Source: Calcarisporiella thermophila CBS 279.70 (taxonomy: Eukaryota > Fungi > Calcarisporiellomycota). From it: a DNA stretch of 64,000 bases. This document shows positions 11,852 through 23,425 of this stretch, piece by piece. The translations under genes and the position numbers were made by a program. Below the pieces are notes generated by a model. It was not told where the DNA came from and did not search any database. It was given only the letters and a program-made list of their open reading frames with translations. The stretch's first letter is position 1. Each line of letters opens with the position of its first letter. The DNA is taken from contig NW_027192233.1 of assembly GCF_041956535.1 (NCBI RefSeq), positions 1 through 64,000 on the forward strand, given 5' to 3'.

Positions 11852-12374
11852 GATAGATTAATAACCAAAAGCAGGGATATGAATATAGTTGAAATATTGA
11901 AATTAATGACGTATTCATATTTCAGTAAATACAAAGGCGCAATTGAAATTGAGGTGACGTGTTCAAGTACTTTCTTAATGATTTCATCAGCTCCCATTAA
12001 AGAAGGTTGGAAATGCTATTGTAAAGAAATAATAAACTTTAGCGTCTACATTCTTTTTATAGATAAATATAACTTGCAGTTAACTTATTTTACCCCTTGG
12101 AAATTGGCTTACTTTTGACATGAATATTACTAGCAAACTTACATTGTTAAAATTCCCATGCTGTCCGTTAGGGTCATCGAAATTTGGTTGTTCAGTTTTG
12201 TAAACAAAAACGAGGGTTCCAGGGTGTTGTTGCAAAAGTGGACATCTTCATTCTATCATTTCTCCATTCTGTGACTAAAATTTCTTTCAAATTGAATTCT
12301 CTTTATTCTTCTTCATTATGTTCCATTCTATCCTGATTTAGAATGATAGTTTAATCTCTGCTAGTGTTAAAAAT

Positions 12375-12690
12375 ATGAATGGCAGAACAAAACTTCACTC
12401 TAATAAGTTGCTTGTTAGTATTATCCAACCCGCAAAAGAAGTAGCATTTTCAAGAAAGATCATAGCTGTACTGAATTTATATCATTCTACTAAGTTTGTC
12501 AGAAAATAGAAGATGGCGTCTAAAAAAGGATGTCTGCGGGTCGTCGTCAGATTCTGAGTGAAAAAGATGAGAGGAAGTTTGTCAATATTAATATCTGGGC
12601 AGTAATAATGCTTATGACATGGCTAAATATTAAAGATGAATATAATATGAATGTGTCGGCCTGCAACGTGAAAAAATGAACAATGAGAGG
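12375..12690 (+). mobile_element. Tc1/mariner transposase N-terminal relic
   Basis: AGRRQILSEKDERKFVNI...NAYDMAKY...NMNVSACNVKK across frameshifts. Confidence 0.6.
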
Positions 12691-14614
12691 TACTTGCACG
12701 AGTGCGGCCTAAGCTTTAAAATGAATATCTGGTCATTCTGGTCATTGTTATGATTCTATTCCTCTCGCAAAGTTTGCAGGAGCATATCCAATTCGGGTAA
12801 CAGCTTACTACCCTGAACCAACCTAAAGCCATGATTTCAAGAGTCGGGATATTGTCGCTACCAATGTTTTATAATTCTTGTTCGGACTTCTGGATTTAAG
12901 ATAAAGGTCGAAGGTTCTGATTCAGAATCAAAATTCGTGATTCTAGAGCTCAAGAAAATATAAAGAGTAAGTTAATATTGCTCTTTTGAATAATACATAT
13001 TTATATTGGTTATGCTTTAATAGAAAAGGTGGAAAATTGTAAAGGATCAAATTTTCCAGAAACCTCTTGATCAACTTACGTTATGTTACATGGAATTTGA
13101 CTACCATACACATCGGACATTGCCTATATGTAAATATCTGGTTAACCAAGAATATCCTTTTCAGTTATTAGAAAATAAAAATAGAAATTAAATGATCTAG
13201 CTCAGACGATGTCAGGCAATTATAATTCATCATAATAAGGGATGAAAATAGGTTCCCTTATTGATAGCAACATTCTTTCTTCATAGCTGGACAGCTTCAA
13301 TTATTAAAGATTGATTACCTGGACTTGTATAATGTATATATAATATACTCTTGAAAAGTGAATCGTGCCTTAACTTTAGAAGGATAGAATATCCTATAAA
13401 TATAATTTTACGGATTCACTGGTTAATTGATTAGTTTTTCCTTCATAGTATCAGATAACGAAATATGATAATATAATGAAAACTTAGTGTTGAAGTTTTA
13501 AACCTATGCTCTTGCAGATGAAAGAGAGAACGAATGCTTGTCTAGGTTTATTAGTGTAGATTTATATATTATTCAAAGCAACTGGATAGCAAAGATTGAA
13601 GAACAATGCTAATCTAATGCTTTGAGACAGTATTTATAGATATTGAAAACATAACTTCAGAGCTAGTTTGGTTGATACAACGGGCTAACAGAGCAGAATT
13701 ACCTTGCATAGCAAAAACTTTCAATTGTCTTTTATGAGCAATTCCATTGGAATTAATTGCTATAATAGGGAAAAACACTTACATTCAAAACTTAATAGAA
13801 GTTACCTACAAATATAACTTGACTTATTAGGTTAGCGGTATGCTTGGGTTACACTAAATTTTAAATATTGACCATTTACAGATATTTTTGAGTACACTGA
13901 TATTAAGGCGTGACGAGCTACTCGAGCAATACTTCTCTAAGTCATGTAGTGGTCACCTCAACTTCCCCAACAGATATGATGACAAAGACATTTATTTATA
14001 GGGCATTTGTACCAGGTTAAAGCATTAGGGTAATTCTATTTTTCCCCGGATATAACTATTAATTACCGCTAAATTGGAAAAGTACCGCTAAGGGGTTCAT
14101 TTTACTGCAAGTCACATATTTACAATTTGTCACAATCGCATCAAAAATTGAGTATAATCATTCTTTTAGTCCACAGAAACAAAGTTTTCGTTGGGCCATC
14201 CCTGAAACGGTTCGATTTGCTGATAGGGTTGTTCGATTTGGATGCAGTGACTCTCTCGCAACTCGCCTTGTTCGTAGCTGGATTGGATTTATGTAAGCGA
14301 AGATTATTAGTAATGATTTAGGTTATTCTAAATGACAAATACTTGAAAAGAAAAGGAAAACTGCGAGAAATAACTGCTTTGTTAACTATGCTAGATAACG
14401 CTGCCGATTACGCCGTCAAATACGAGTGGGTTAGCAAGCCGCAAAATATATAGTCAACCTCTTATGCAGTAAGGTTCTATGTCGTCATTTTGCTATCACT
14501 TTGATTTAAATATATACATTCGAATTTGATCAATGAATACAGTTCGTTGACACTATGAATGAGTTTTTGCACGTAATTACACCCTCTTTCTCTCTTATTC
14601 CATGATAGCATAAG

Positions 14615-14825
14615 AGTTACAGAAGATGAAAATGATAATATTCTTCGGGTACGATAGCGTGGAAAAAAGGAGGAGTACCTGATTAAATGGCGAGGAAATC
14701 ATGATGGAGAGTATTTGGGAACCATTACGATATCTTCGCAACACTCATATACCATTCAGTAATCGAAGTCAAAACGTGGTTTCAATCGCTTCGACTTCTG
14801 TCTTCAAAGAGGGAGAAGATATAGT
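14615..14825 (+). mobile_element. Ty3/Gypsy chromovirus relic (integrase chromodomain plus polypurine tract)
   Basis: NILRVR*RGKKEEYLIKWRG..(frameshift)..IWEPLRYL chromodomain pattern, then TSVFKEGEDIV encoded over the purine run aaagagggagaaga. Confidence 0.7.
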
Positions 14826-15125
14826 AGGATGTTTCCTCCATGCTCTTCACACAACAAAAGATAAGGCTGTTTACCCTTAGATTATTAGTTTGTTGCTACT
14901 TTGTTAAGAGTTTGTTTTTTTTTCCTTTTTAAAGGTTGCATTTTAAATTTGGTCTAGGAAAGCACCATATAGGGTCACTTTATGACTTTCTTTTAGGGTA
15001 ACCAGGTGGATGTGTTTTTTGGTACATGAACACATCTATCTTATTTTATTATTCCTCACCAATCTTCTATTGAGCTGACAACATCCCATTTATTTTATCG
15101 CTATTAATTCATTAAGTTGAATAAT

Positions 15126-16150
15126 CCCTACAAAAAACCCGTCTGGTGAAAACTGCTAGAAAACGTATAGGAGCATGTAGAAAAGATGGAGGAGGTTCGC
15201 GATTCCTTATAATTTTTCAACAATTTCACTATAATTTGTAGACTCCTCTCCCATTATTAATATCGTGAAAAATGGGTGAAAAGTTTGTAAAAATTTAGGG
15301 AATCGCGAACCTCTTCCATCNNNNNNNNNNNNNNNNNNNNNNNNNNNNNNNNNNNNNNNNNNNNNNNNNNNNNNNNNNNNNNNNNNNNNNNNNNNNNNNN
15401 NNNNNNNNNNNNNNNNNNNNNNNNNNNNNNNNNNNNNNNNNNNNNNNNNNNNNNNNNNNNNNNNNNNNNNNNNNNNNNNNNNNNNNNNNNNNNNNNNNNN
15501 NNNNNNNNNNNNNNNNNNNNNNNNNNNNNNNNNNNNNNNNNNNNNNNNNNNNNNNNNNNNNNNNNNNNNNNNNNNNNNNNNNNNNNNNNNNNNNNNNNNN
15601 NNNNNNNNNNNNNNNNNNNNNNNNNNNNNNNNNNNNNNNNNNNNNNNNNNNNNNNNNNNNNNNNNNNNNNNNNNNNNNNNNNNNNNNNNNNNNNNNNNNN
15701 NNNNNNNNNNNNNNNNNNNNNNNNNNNNNNNNNNNNNNNNNNNNNNNNNNNNNNNNNNNNNNNNNNNNNNNNNNNNNNNNNNNNNNNNNNNNNNNNNNNN
15801 NNNNNNNNNNNNNNNNNNNNNNNNNNNNNNNNNNNNNNNNNNNNNNNNNNNNNNNNNNNNNNNNNNNNNNNNNNNNNNNNNNNNNNNNNNNNNNNNNNNN
15901 NNNNNNNNNNNNNNNNNNNNNNNNNNNNNNNNNNNNNNNNNNNNNNNNNNNNNNNNNNNNNNNNNNNNNNNNNNNNNNNNNNNNNNNNNNNNNNNNNCAC
16001 TATAATTTGTAGACTCCTCTCCCATTATTAATATCGTGAAAAATGGGTGAAAAGTTTGTAAAAATTTAGGGAATCGCGAACCTCTTCCATCTTTTCTACA
16101 TGCTCCTATTCGCTTTCTAGCAGTTTTCACCAGGCGGGTTTTTTGTAGGG
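15126..16150. mobile_element. MITE with CCCTA...TAGGG termini (CMC/CACTA-type), ~85-90-bp TIRs and 3-bp TSD (aat); about 254 bp once the gap is collapsed
   Basis: ccctacaaaaaaccc-g-ctggtgaaaactgctagaaa..ataggagcatgtagaaaagatgga..ggttcgcgattcc at the left end is mirrored at the right end. aat lies on both flanks. Confidence 0.85.
15321..15997. other. Assembly gap (N run), probably spurious
   Basis: 15227-15320 is identical to 15998-16091, so the contig ends overlap by 94 bp. Confidence 0.95.
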
Positions 16151-17121
16151 AATTTTTCGTTTTTATTAAGAATGTATTACCTAAATCTCGAAAGTTTTAT
16201 TTATACACGCTAATATATGTCTTAAACAGGCTTTTATGATCGCCGAGGCATGTTAAATCGTATTGTACATATCTATTCACTATGAATTATCTCGATATAT
16301 ATTCTATTTATCTTGATTTATACTTTGATTTTAGATTCAAATTTGAGAGTTATATGATATTGATTCTAATTGAACCAAATTTTGAGACAATTTCTCAGGC
16401 TATACACTCGCGGCCAATTATTTTAATTTTTTTTACTATACCCTTTCAGTCAAATTTGTTTTTGGGACAAAGCGAATAAATTTCTGTAAGACATCATCCC
16501 CGATTCGATGTTCGACGCATCCAAAATCATTATGATCCATTAGGTCACCCGAAATTTTCACTAATCCCTAAATTATTGGGAGTTTAATTATGGTTCCTTT
16601 TATTGGACTGAATAGGTCACATTTTTCTCTACGTGCACGAAAACTGGAAGGCCTATTCAATAAGATTCCCATAAGAGATCGCTGATTTCACAAAGACATC
16701 AGCATTATCTAGGTCGAGACATGTTATTCTGAATTTTTTTCGGTCAATTTTTGTTTCTGGACCAATGCGGAAAGAATTTAATCGCTCGCTCGATTTCTAT
16801 AAAGTATGTTCGAATTTATTCTGGAACAATAAAGTTGTGCAAAATTTCCAGTGGATCCACGCAATTTCAATGGAACATGCTTATAGTGACTTCTAAGCTA
16901 TATATGATGTCTGGGTAAACCTCTATCTTTTTTTGTTTTTTTCCTATTTTATTCATTCCCCAAATCACCCGTTATGAATCACGTTTTTGATTATGGCAGA
17001 ACACATCCTAACAATGTGTACGGATTGGAGCAGAAGTATATCAAAATTGTGTCGCAAGTTGGGATAGTCAAAAAGTATTTATATACTCACTGTTTGTATA
17101 TTGTAATGGATTCGACCTATC

Positions 17122-17748
17122 ATGAAGAAAATATACTACGTGCTCAATATTTTTATTCACCTCTTTTCTATGGGGTTATCTCAAGGTATCCCCCTTACTG
17201 TTCGTAATCATTGGATGCAAAAAGCCGTCGAAGCTACCATCAATATTAACGATACTCCATGCCCATTTTTTCCCTTCGGAGCCGTCATTGTTAATCATAC
17301 AGAGAATGAAGAAGGGACTTTTATTGCTGAAGGAGCTAATCGATCTAAGGATGACCCAACTCAGCACGGTGAAATGAATGCTATTCAAAATCTTGCAAAG
17401 CTTTTTCCAGGAAGGGGTGGCGATTCAGGCGAGTTAGGAAAGGGACTAACATTATACACGACCGGCGAACCCTGCCCTATGTGCATGTCTGCAATTCGGT
17501 GGGCTGGATTCGCAGAGGTAGTTACTGCAACCAGAATTATGACACTAATGAACTATGGTTGGGGCCAAATTAATATCACGGCAGACGAGATCAACGAAAA
17601 ATCCCTTTCTTTGCCATCCCGCACCACGATCGTCCATAACATACTTTCTAATACTACCGATCCTCTTTTTCAATGGCAATTCCAACCCACTAATTCTTGT
17701 CCAGCTGGGTGTCAACATGTTAACTCCACATGCTTAAAAGAAGAATAA
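17122..17748 (+). CDS. Zn-dependent cytidine/guanine deaminase-fold protein with putative signal peptide (208 aa, intronless)
   Basis: PFGAVIV, DPTQHGE and LYTTGEPCPMC motifs (HxE...PCxxC). Hydrophobic N-terminus MKKIYYVLNIFIHLFSMGLSQG, C-terminal CPAGC..C, N-glycosylation sequons. TATA-like box 17076-17085. Confidence 0.9.
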   Translation: MKKIYYVLNIFIHLFSMGLSQGIPLTVRNHWMQKAVEATININDTPCPFFPFGAVIVNHTENEEGTFIAEGANRSKDDPTQHGEMNAIQNLAKLFPGRGGDSGELGKGLTLYTTGEPCPMCMSAIRWAGFAEVVTATRIMTLMNYGWGQINITADEINEKSLSLPSRTTIVHNILSNTTDPLFQWQFQPTNSCPAGCQHVNSTCLKEE

Positions 17749-18179
17749 TAGAGAGCGGAGATCCTTTAATTAATCAAGTCCAACAAGTGAAAATACTCTT
17801 ATTAACAGGTCGCTCGTATTTCCGAAAAGAACATTATTACAAATAAATATCATATATTTTTTTAAAACTAGTTTCTTATTCACTTTCGTAATATGGGGTA
17901 TTAAGCTAGGTTTCAGGTCATTTTATTGAGGAATAGATTCTAAATCATGAGAGTATTGAAGTTACGATACAGCAAATAAATACTTACAGGCTATTAAAAT
18001 GTTACAAGCTTTGAAAGAACAAATTAGATATGCCATTATCTTTTATCTGAATGAATGATTTTCAGTATGATGCGGTTACCAAGTACTGAAGATGAAAAAA
18101 AAAAACGTGAATTGCTACATCTCGTATTTTGTTAACTGCACACTACTCCAAATAAAAGTATATTTTGCGCATTTATTTC

Positions 18180-18560
18180 CTAAGGATTTGTATACACTCA
18201 CTTGGCTTCTACTGCAGCATTTAGTCCTTCAAATATGCTTGTAAAGAGCCTATTATATCCCTGCTTTATAATCTCACGCTCCTTACTTTCTCTCTAGTAT
18301 AATACGCTTTAATTCTCTAGGTATTCTTGCAAACGAACTGAGTTTCTTCCGTGATGCTCAAACTTGAAAACTGTGGGGCCACACTAGCATATTTTTTTTA
18401 TTATTTTTAAGTCGTTCATTTGTGACATTGATAGTATGCTTGAAATTGTTATCCTGTTGAAGTGTACTAAGCTTCAGAAAATTTAATCCGATAATACCTC
18501 AAAGCCCCTAGATAGTCTTCAGCAAGAATGATTCTGTATAATGGATCGTCAACCCCTTTA
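18180..18560 (-). mobile_element. Tc1/mariner transposase catalytic-domain relic
   Basis: GVDDPLYRIILAEDYLG, LQQDNNFKHT...MLVWP and AAVEAK*VYT match Tc1 QQDNDPKH / WP / AKGGYTKY segments; heavily decayed. Confidence 0.7.
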
Positions 18561-19563
18561 TAGACATGAAGCAAATTCTAGCGTCATGGTCTGTATAATT
18601 GTCACGCCATAATTGTATATCATCCTTATTGCTAAGTAGGCTGAAAATACTTAACCTTGTTCAACCAGCCTCTTTCCATTTTTTTTCTTTACCTTAATTA
18701 CAATTTCGTATTGAGATGCAACTCCGAATCTCATGTAGAGTATTTTAACTTTTTGAGTACTGTTACAGGTTCAAATTTCCTATTGAATTTAGGAAAAGCG
18801 ATTCAATAGAAAAAAGGCCTGGAGTAATTAGAGTGGAGATTTAGGTTAGCTAAGATATATTAGGTAAAATCTTAATCGAAGAGATTGAGTAAGCGTGTGA
18901 TTAAATAAGTATATAAAAGAAAAGATGCTTCAGGAGAAATGAGGTGGGAGCTTGGTCGTGTTACAATGAGGTTAGCGGGTATGGATTTATTTACTAATAA
19001 AGGATGAAGAAATCATCGTATAAATATAATCATATAAATATAAACATCTTTATTGGATTTCTTTATATTTGTAGCATATAAAAGATCTCAGCTGAGTTAT
19101 TAATAGCTAACAAAGAGTGGCCACCAAGGAAAAGAGCTCAATGGTAACCAAGCAATACACGATATACTCCTTGATTTGAAGTGGGTCAATGAAAACGGAT
19201 TGTATAAACCACTTATACAATTCTTTCTCTAAAAAAGCAAAGAATCACCCGTAACTTTAAGGATATGCTATATGTAGCGAGGACTGGTGATATCTAAGAC
19301 ACAACAAAGCTTTTATTTGAAAAGATAAATATTTTACAGTGGTGATAGGTTAAATATAAGGCAGAGTGGTATGATATTTAAAATATTCGTATCTTCTATA
19401 AATGTTCTGTATGCTGTAATGCGATAATACCATGAACGAATACTATTTACTGTGGGATTAGGTCTGTGGAATCAAGGGGAATATATATCACAGCGAGAGA
19501 TGCCATCAGCTCGATATCATTACGCTCTCTCGACGCTCTATCTTCTCTGCTACTTTTGACCCT

Positions 19564-22500
19564 TTAACCCCAGACATCTTCATTGTACCGCTTCTCATCC
19601 ATTAGCTTCTGAATGAATTCCTCAGCTTCTTCGTCCGAGCTGGCGTAGCCGAAGCTCTTGGCCATAGTGCAGAATGTGGCACGAACATCACGGCTCATAG
19701 CACCACTCCCACAGACATACAGCGAAGCGGGTTTCTGCCCCTCGGTGGGCACGAGTAAGCGCCACACGTCGGCCGCATTGGCCAACAATTGATGTTGGAC
19801 GTATCTGCGGGTAGATGAGTTTTGACGAGAGAATGCGACATGAAGACCAGTGACGATGCCCTCTTTGACGAAGGTTTCCAGCTCCTCCTTATAAATGTAG
19901 TCGTGGTCCGGGTGGCGGCAGCCGAAGAAGACGACACATTCACCCACAGCTTGTGATTTGCTCTGGATGGCGCGCTCTTGAATAAATCCTCGGAAAGGAG
20001 CGAGCCCAGTACCGGCGGAGATCAAGATAATGGGAGTGGTGGGGTCAGTAGGAAGAGAAAATGAACTCTTGGACGACTTGAGTTGAGCCCGGAGCTCGCC
20101 TGTGCAGTTTTTGAGATAAGACGAGGAAAGGCCGGGATAGTGGCGGCCGTTGACGAGGTCGTCAACAACGCCAACAGTCAAATGAGCTTCCGTTTGACAA
20201 AGCAGAGGTGAAGAAGCAATTGAGTAGCGACGGGGTTGCATCACGCCAACAGCGGTTAGGAAATGACCAAGGTCAAGTTGTTTCACCTGAGGATAGGCCT
20301 GCTGCAGATCCAGAAGAGTCCGATGCTTCTTGATAAAAGCTGGGTACTGATCTTCATTCTGAGCATTTGGCATGGTCAGGGTCTCGAATAAGTCGGCGGT
20401 TTCGGGGGCTACCTTGCGGAGATTCGAGGCGAAGTATCCCAAGAGGCGACGGGAGGGTGGCGAAAGGAGGTCGGCGTAGTAGGTGAGGGCGTTGCGAACA
20501 GTGCAGGGACCTTTGATCGCCGCGGCCAGCGAACGAGGAGAGAGGCCTTCGATGGACTCAGGGTCCACCTCAAACACGGAATCCAGGATGAATCCAAACC
20601 CGAGTGCAATCGCTTCCACTACTTCAGCCGAGTTCTCCGGCATAATTTCCAGGTGATCACCCGATTGGTACAAGCATTGGTCGCCGACAGGCTGGAGCTT
20701 GGAAATGTCGATTTCGATGTGCCGCGTGCTACGCTGGGAACTTTCGCTTTGCAGTTCGCGGTTCACCAACAATTTGGCGTTGTAGTCGCCATTGCGGTTC
20801 CTGCTGGCAGCTTTCCAGCGCTCAGCTTCGCCGGGTGGGATGAAGGTCACCTTGGCGGATCGGTTGGCATCGGATCGCTGGCCGGAAGAAGGAACGACCG
20901 AGATATCGTTACTGATGGACAATCCGAAGTAACTCAGAGTATATGACCAGAAATGGGCACACCAGCTATTGAATTCGGAGTCCATATCCTTATCCGCGTC
21001 ACCATTGCCGAGCGTGAAAAAGCGCTCCGCACCCAATTCCTCCAGCTTGGCATCGACCTTGATGGGGAAATGCTGGTAGGTGCGCCAGTTTTTGTTGCCC
21101 AGACCAAAAACAGAGTACAGATAACCATGCAATAGGTTGCTGTCACTTGCATCGGTTGCTTTGTCTAAGAACTTGTCAAAGTGTTCTGCTGAATCTGGGG
21201 GCTGGCCGTTATAGGTAGCGGTACAAATCACCAAGAGTTCCTTTTCATTTGCATTCTTCGACCCCTGAGCCACTCCGGTGGACAACGTCTTCCAGCTATC
21301 CATGGCACACAAGGTGACGTCCTTGAAGCCAAATTGTCTCGCTTGGTTGGAAAGCTGAGAGGCGTAATCTTGAGCCGTACCAGTCTGGGTGCCGTACAAA
21401 AAGGTGATGGGAGGCAACGCGACGGTACCAGTCTTGGTAGGTTCGGCAAGCTGAGGCATGACTGGCTTTGCGGGCTCGGGTGTTTCATGGAGGGCCGGCT
21501 TCGGCAGATCTTTCGATGGCTTGGGGAAGTCTGTGCGTGGGTGGATCGTCATAAAGAGGTCGAGTGGTTTAGTGGTCACTTGGGTGGGGTCGTACTGGAT
21601 GGGGGGTCCATCTATAGAGGAGAAAATTGGAAGAGTCAGCGAAACCGTTTACTCTTGTGCATGCGCAGGTATACACGCCAGCGGGTGGTTGATACGATAG
21701 ATAGCTTACCATAGCGGAGCTTAAATCGGTGAAGGAGCATGGCCAGGACAGTCTTGGCCTCCTGAAGAGCGAGCGCCATACCAATGCAGCCACGCGGGCC
21801 CGTGCTGAAGGGTAGCCAAGCAAAACGAGATCGCTTCTGCTCCTCCTCGGGGGTCCATCGATCAGGGTCGAACACATTTGGGTTGGGGTAGACCCGCGGG
21901 TTCCGGTGCATCGCATAAAGGTGGACGGACACCGGAGTACCAGCCTTGATGCGGTAGCCTCCCGGCACAACGCAGTCCTTCTTGCAGAACTTACCCAGCA
22001 CACGCACGGGCGGGTACATACGCAATGTCTCCTTCAAGACCTGGTGCGTGTACTTGAGCTGGCTGACTTGCTCGGCAGTCGGCAACTGATCATGAGTAAT
22101 GCCCACATCAGCGACTTCACGGAGAATTTTAGCTTCCACCTCGGGGTTCCGCGACAATTCATAGAAAGTCCATGCCAGAGTGGTGGCAGTGGTGTCGTGA
22201 CCGGCTATCAGGAAGGTGATGACTTGATCACGGATATTTTCGTCCGACAAGCCGAGGTTATGCTCGTCCCGCGCATTCAGCATGAAGCCCAACAAGTCCC
22301 TAGCACTGTCGGTAGCAAACTCGCTCTTTTTGCGCTCTTGGATGACTTGATCTACGATCTCGCGCATCAACTTCACTCCGTGGTCGAATTGACGATTGGC
22401 TTCCGTTGGTAGATGCTTCATGAACTGCATTTGCTTGAATCTGGTAAAGCTTTGCTTTAGACAGTAGCTCATGGCCTCGATAAATGGATGGGCCGGTGCA

Positions 22501-23372
22501 TCCGGCTCGTCGAGCAGGTGGAAGGGATAACCAAACCCGACGCGGCCAATGGTTTCAAAGGTAAGATTTGTGGTATAAGTGAGAATCTCAATCTTCTTGT
22601 CGGGTGGAAACTGCTCGAAGAGTCGGATAGTCTCTTGACCTATCACCCCCATTTCGTGTTGATAAGCCTAGTGTAAACAAACCAAAGAATAGGCAAGGAT
22701 TCCTGGCTGGAGGAGGGAAACTGGATTTACCTTGACGGCACGGGGACTGAAGGCGGGCATGAGTAGTTTATGCGCCAACTTCCAATCATCCTCGTCGGTA
22801 TCTGTTGTAAACAGGCCTTGCCCACCGAAGGCCTTGATTTCTGCAAGGCCAGCGCTGATTTTCTTTGTAAAGTATTCGCTCTCCTTGACAAACAGCTCCG
22901 CGATCTCAGGCTGGCAGGTTGAAATGACGCGATTGCCCAAGATGCTGACGTCTATTAGGGGGCCATAAGTCTCAAAGAGCCGCATAAAGCCAGCGGTTCT
23001 TTATAATATTGTCAGCCATCTATCGCTCGTCCCACATTCATAGTTGAAAACTTACATGTCTGGAAGTACATCGTATAAATTTCCGACGTATGGTAGCCTT
23101 CGAGGACCGGGAATAACTTCTTTAATGCCTTCCCTGAGGGATGCATACACTACATGCTGACCCCGAATTTGATCGATTTGTGTCAGTACCTCGCCCACTC
23201 TGTTTTCCAGCGTAATGTCCGCCGGAGATCCTGCTAATGCTAGTTTTTCCGCCGCAAGGTGGATGACCGTCTCTAAGCTGGCGGCGTTTCCAATCGGTAT
23301 GATATGGCCATCTTTCTCAATATCTACGGTGCCCTTCAGGGCAACAATTAAAAATGTTGTGTTTTCTGTCAT
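19564..23372 (-). CDS. Self-sufficient cytochrome P450-NADPH reductase fusion (CYP102/CYP505-like class), 4 exons, ~1196 aa
   Basis: Exons 23372-23056, 22998-22731, 22667-21710 and 21611-19564 join in frame (3591 nt). P450 motifs [28 protein letters not shown]. Reductase motifs [35 protein letters not shown], terminal DVWG. Confidence 0.96.
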
Positions 23373-23419
23373 GGTTGTGTGAAGTGGAGCAAGCTTGGTC
23401 CGTCCATAACTGGTTGCCC

Positions 23420-23425
23420 TTTATA
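23420..23425 (-). promoter_or_regulatory. TATA box of the P450 fusion gene
   Basis: TATAAA on the minus strand about 48 nt upstream of the ATG, in otherwise GC-richer sequence. Confidence 0.55.

Noticed and set aside
15207-16130. ORFs with a duplicated peptide across the second gap
   Set aside because: They come from the overlapping contig ends of a non-coding MITE
7870-16850. Shared AAATTTCCA motif upstream of the lipase and deaminase genes
   Set aside because: Expected by chance in AT-rich DNA
19564-23372. High GC of the P450 gene as evidence of recent bacterial transfer
   Set aside because: It has three spliceosomal introns, and native genes here (kinase, IDH2) are similarly GC-rich
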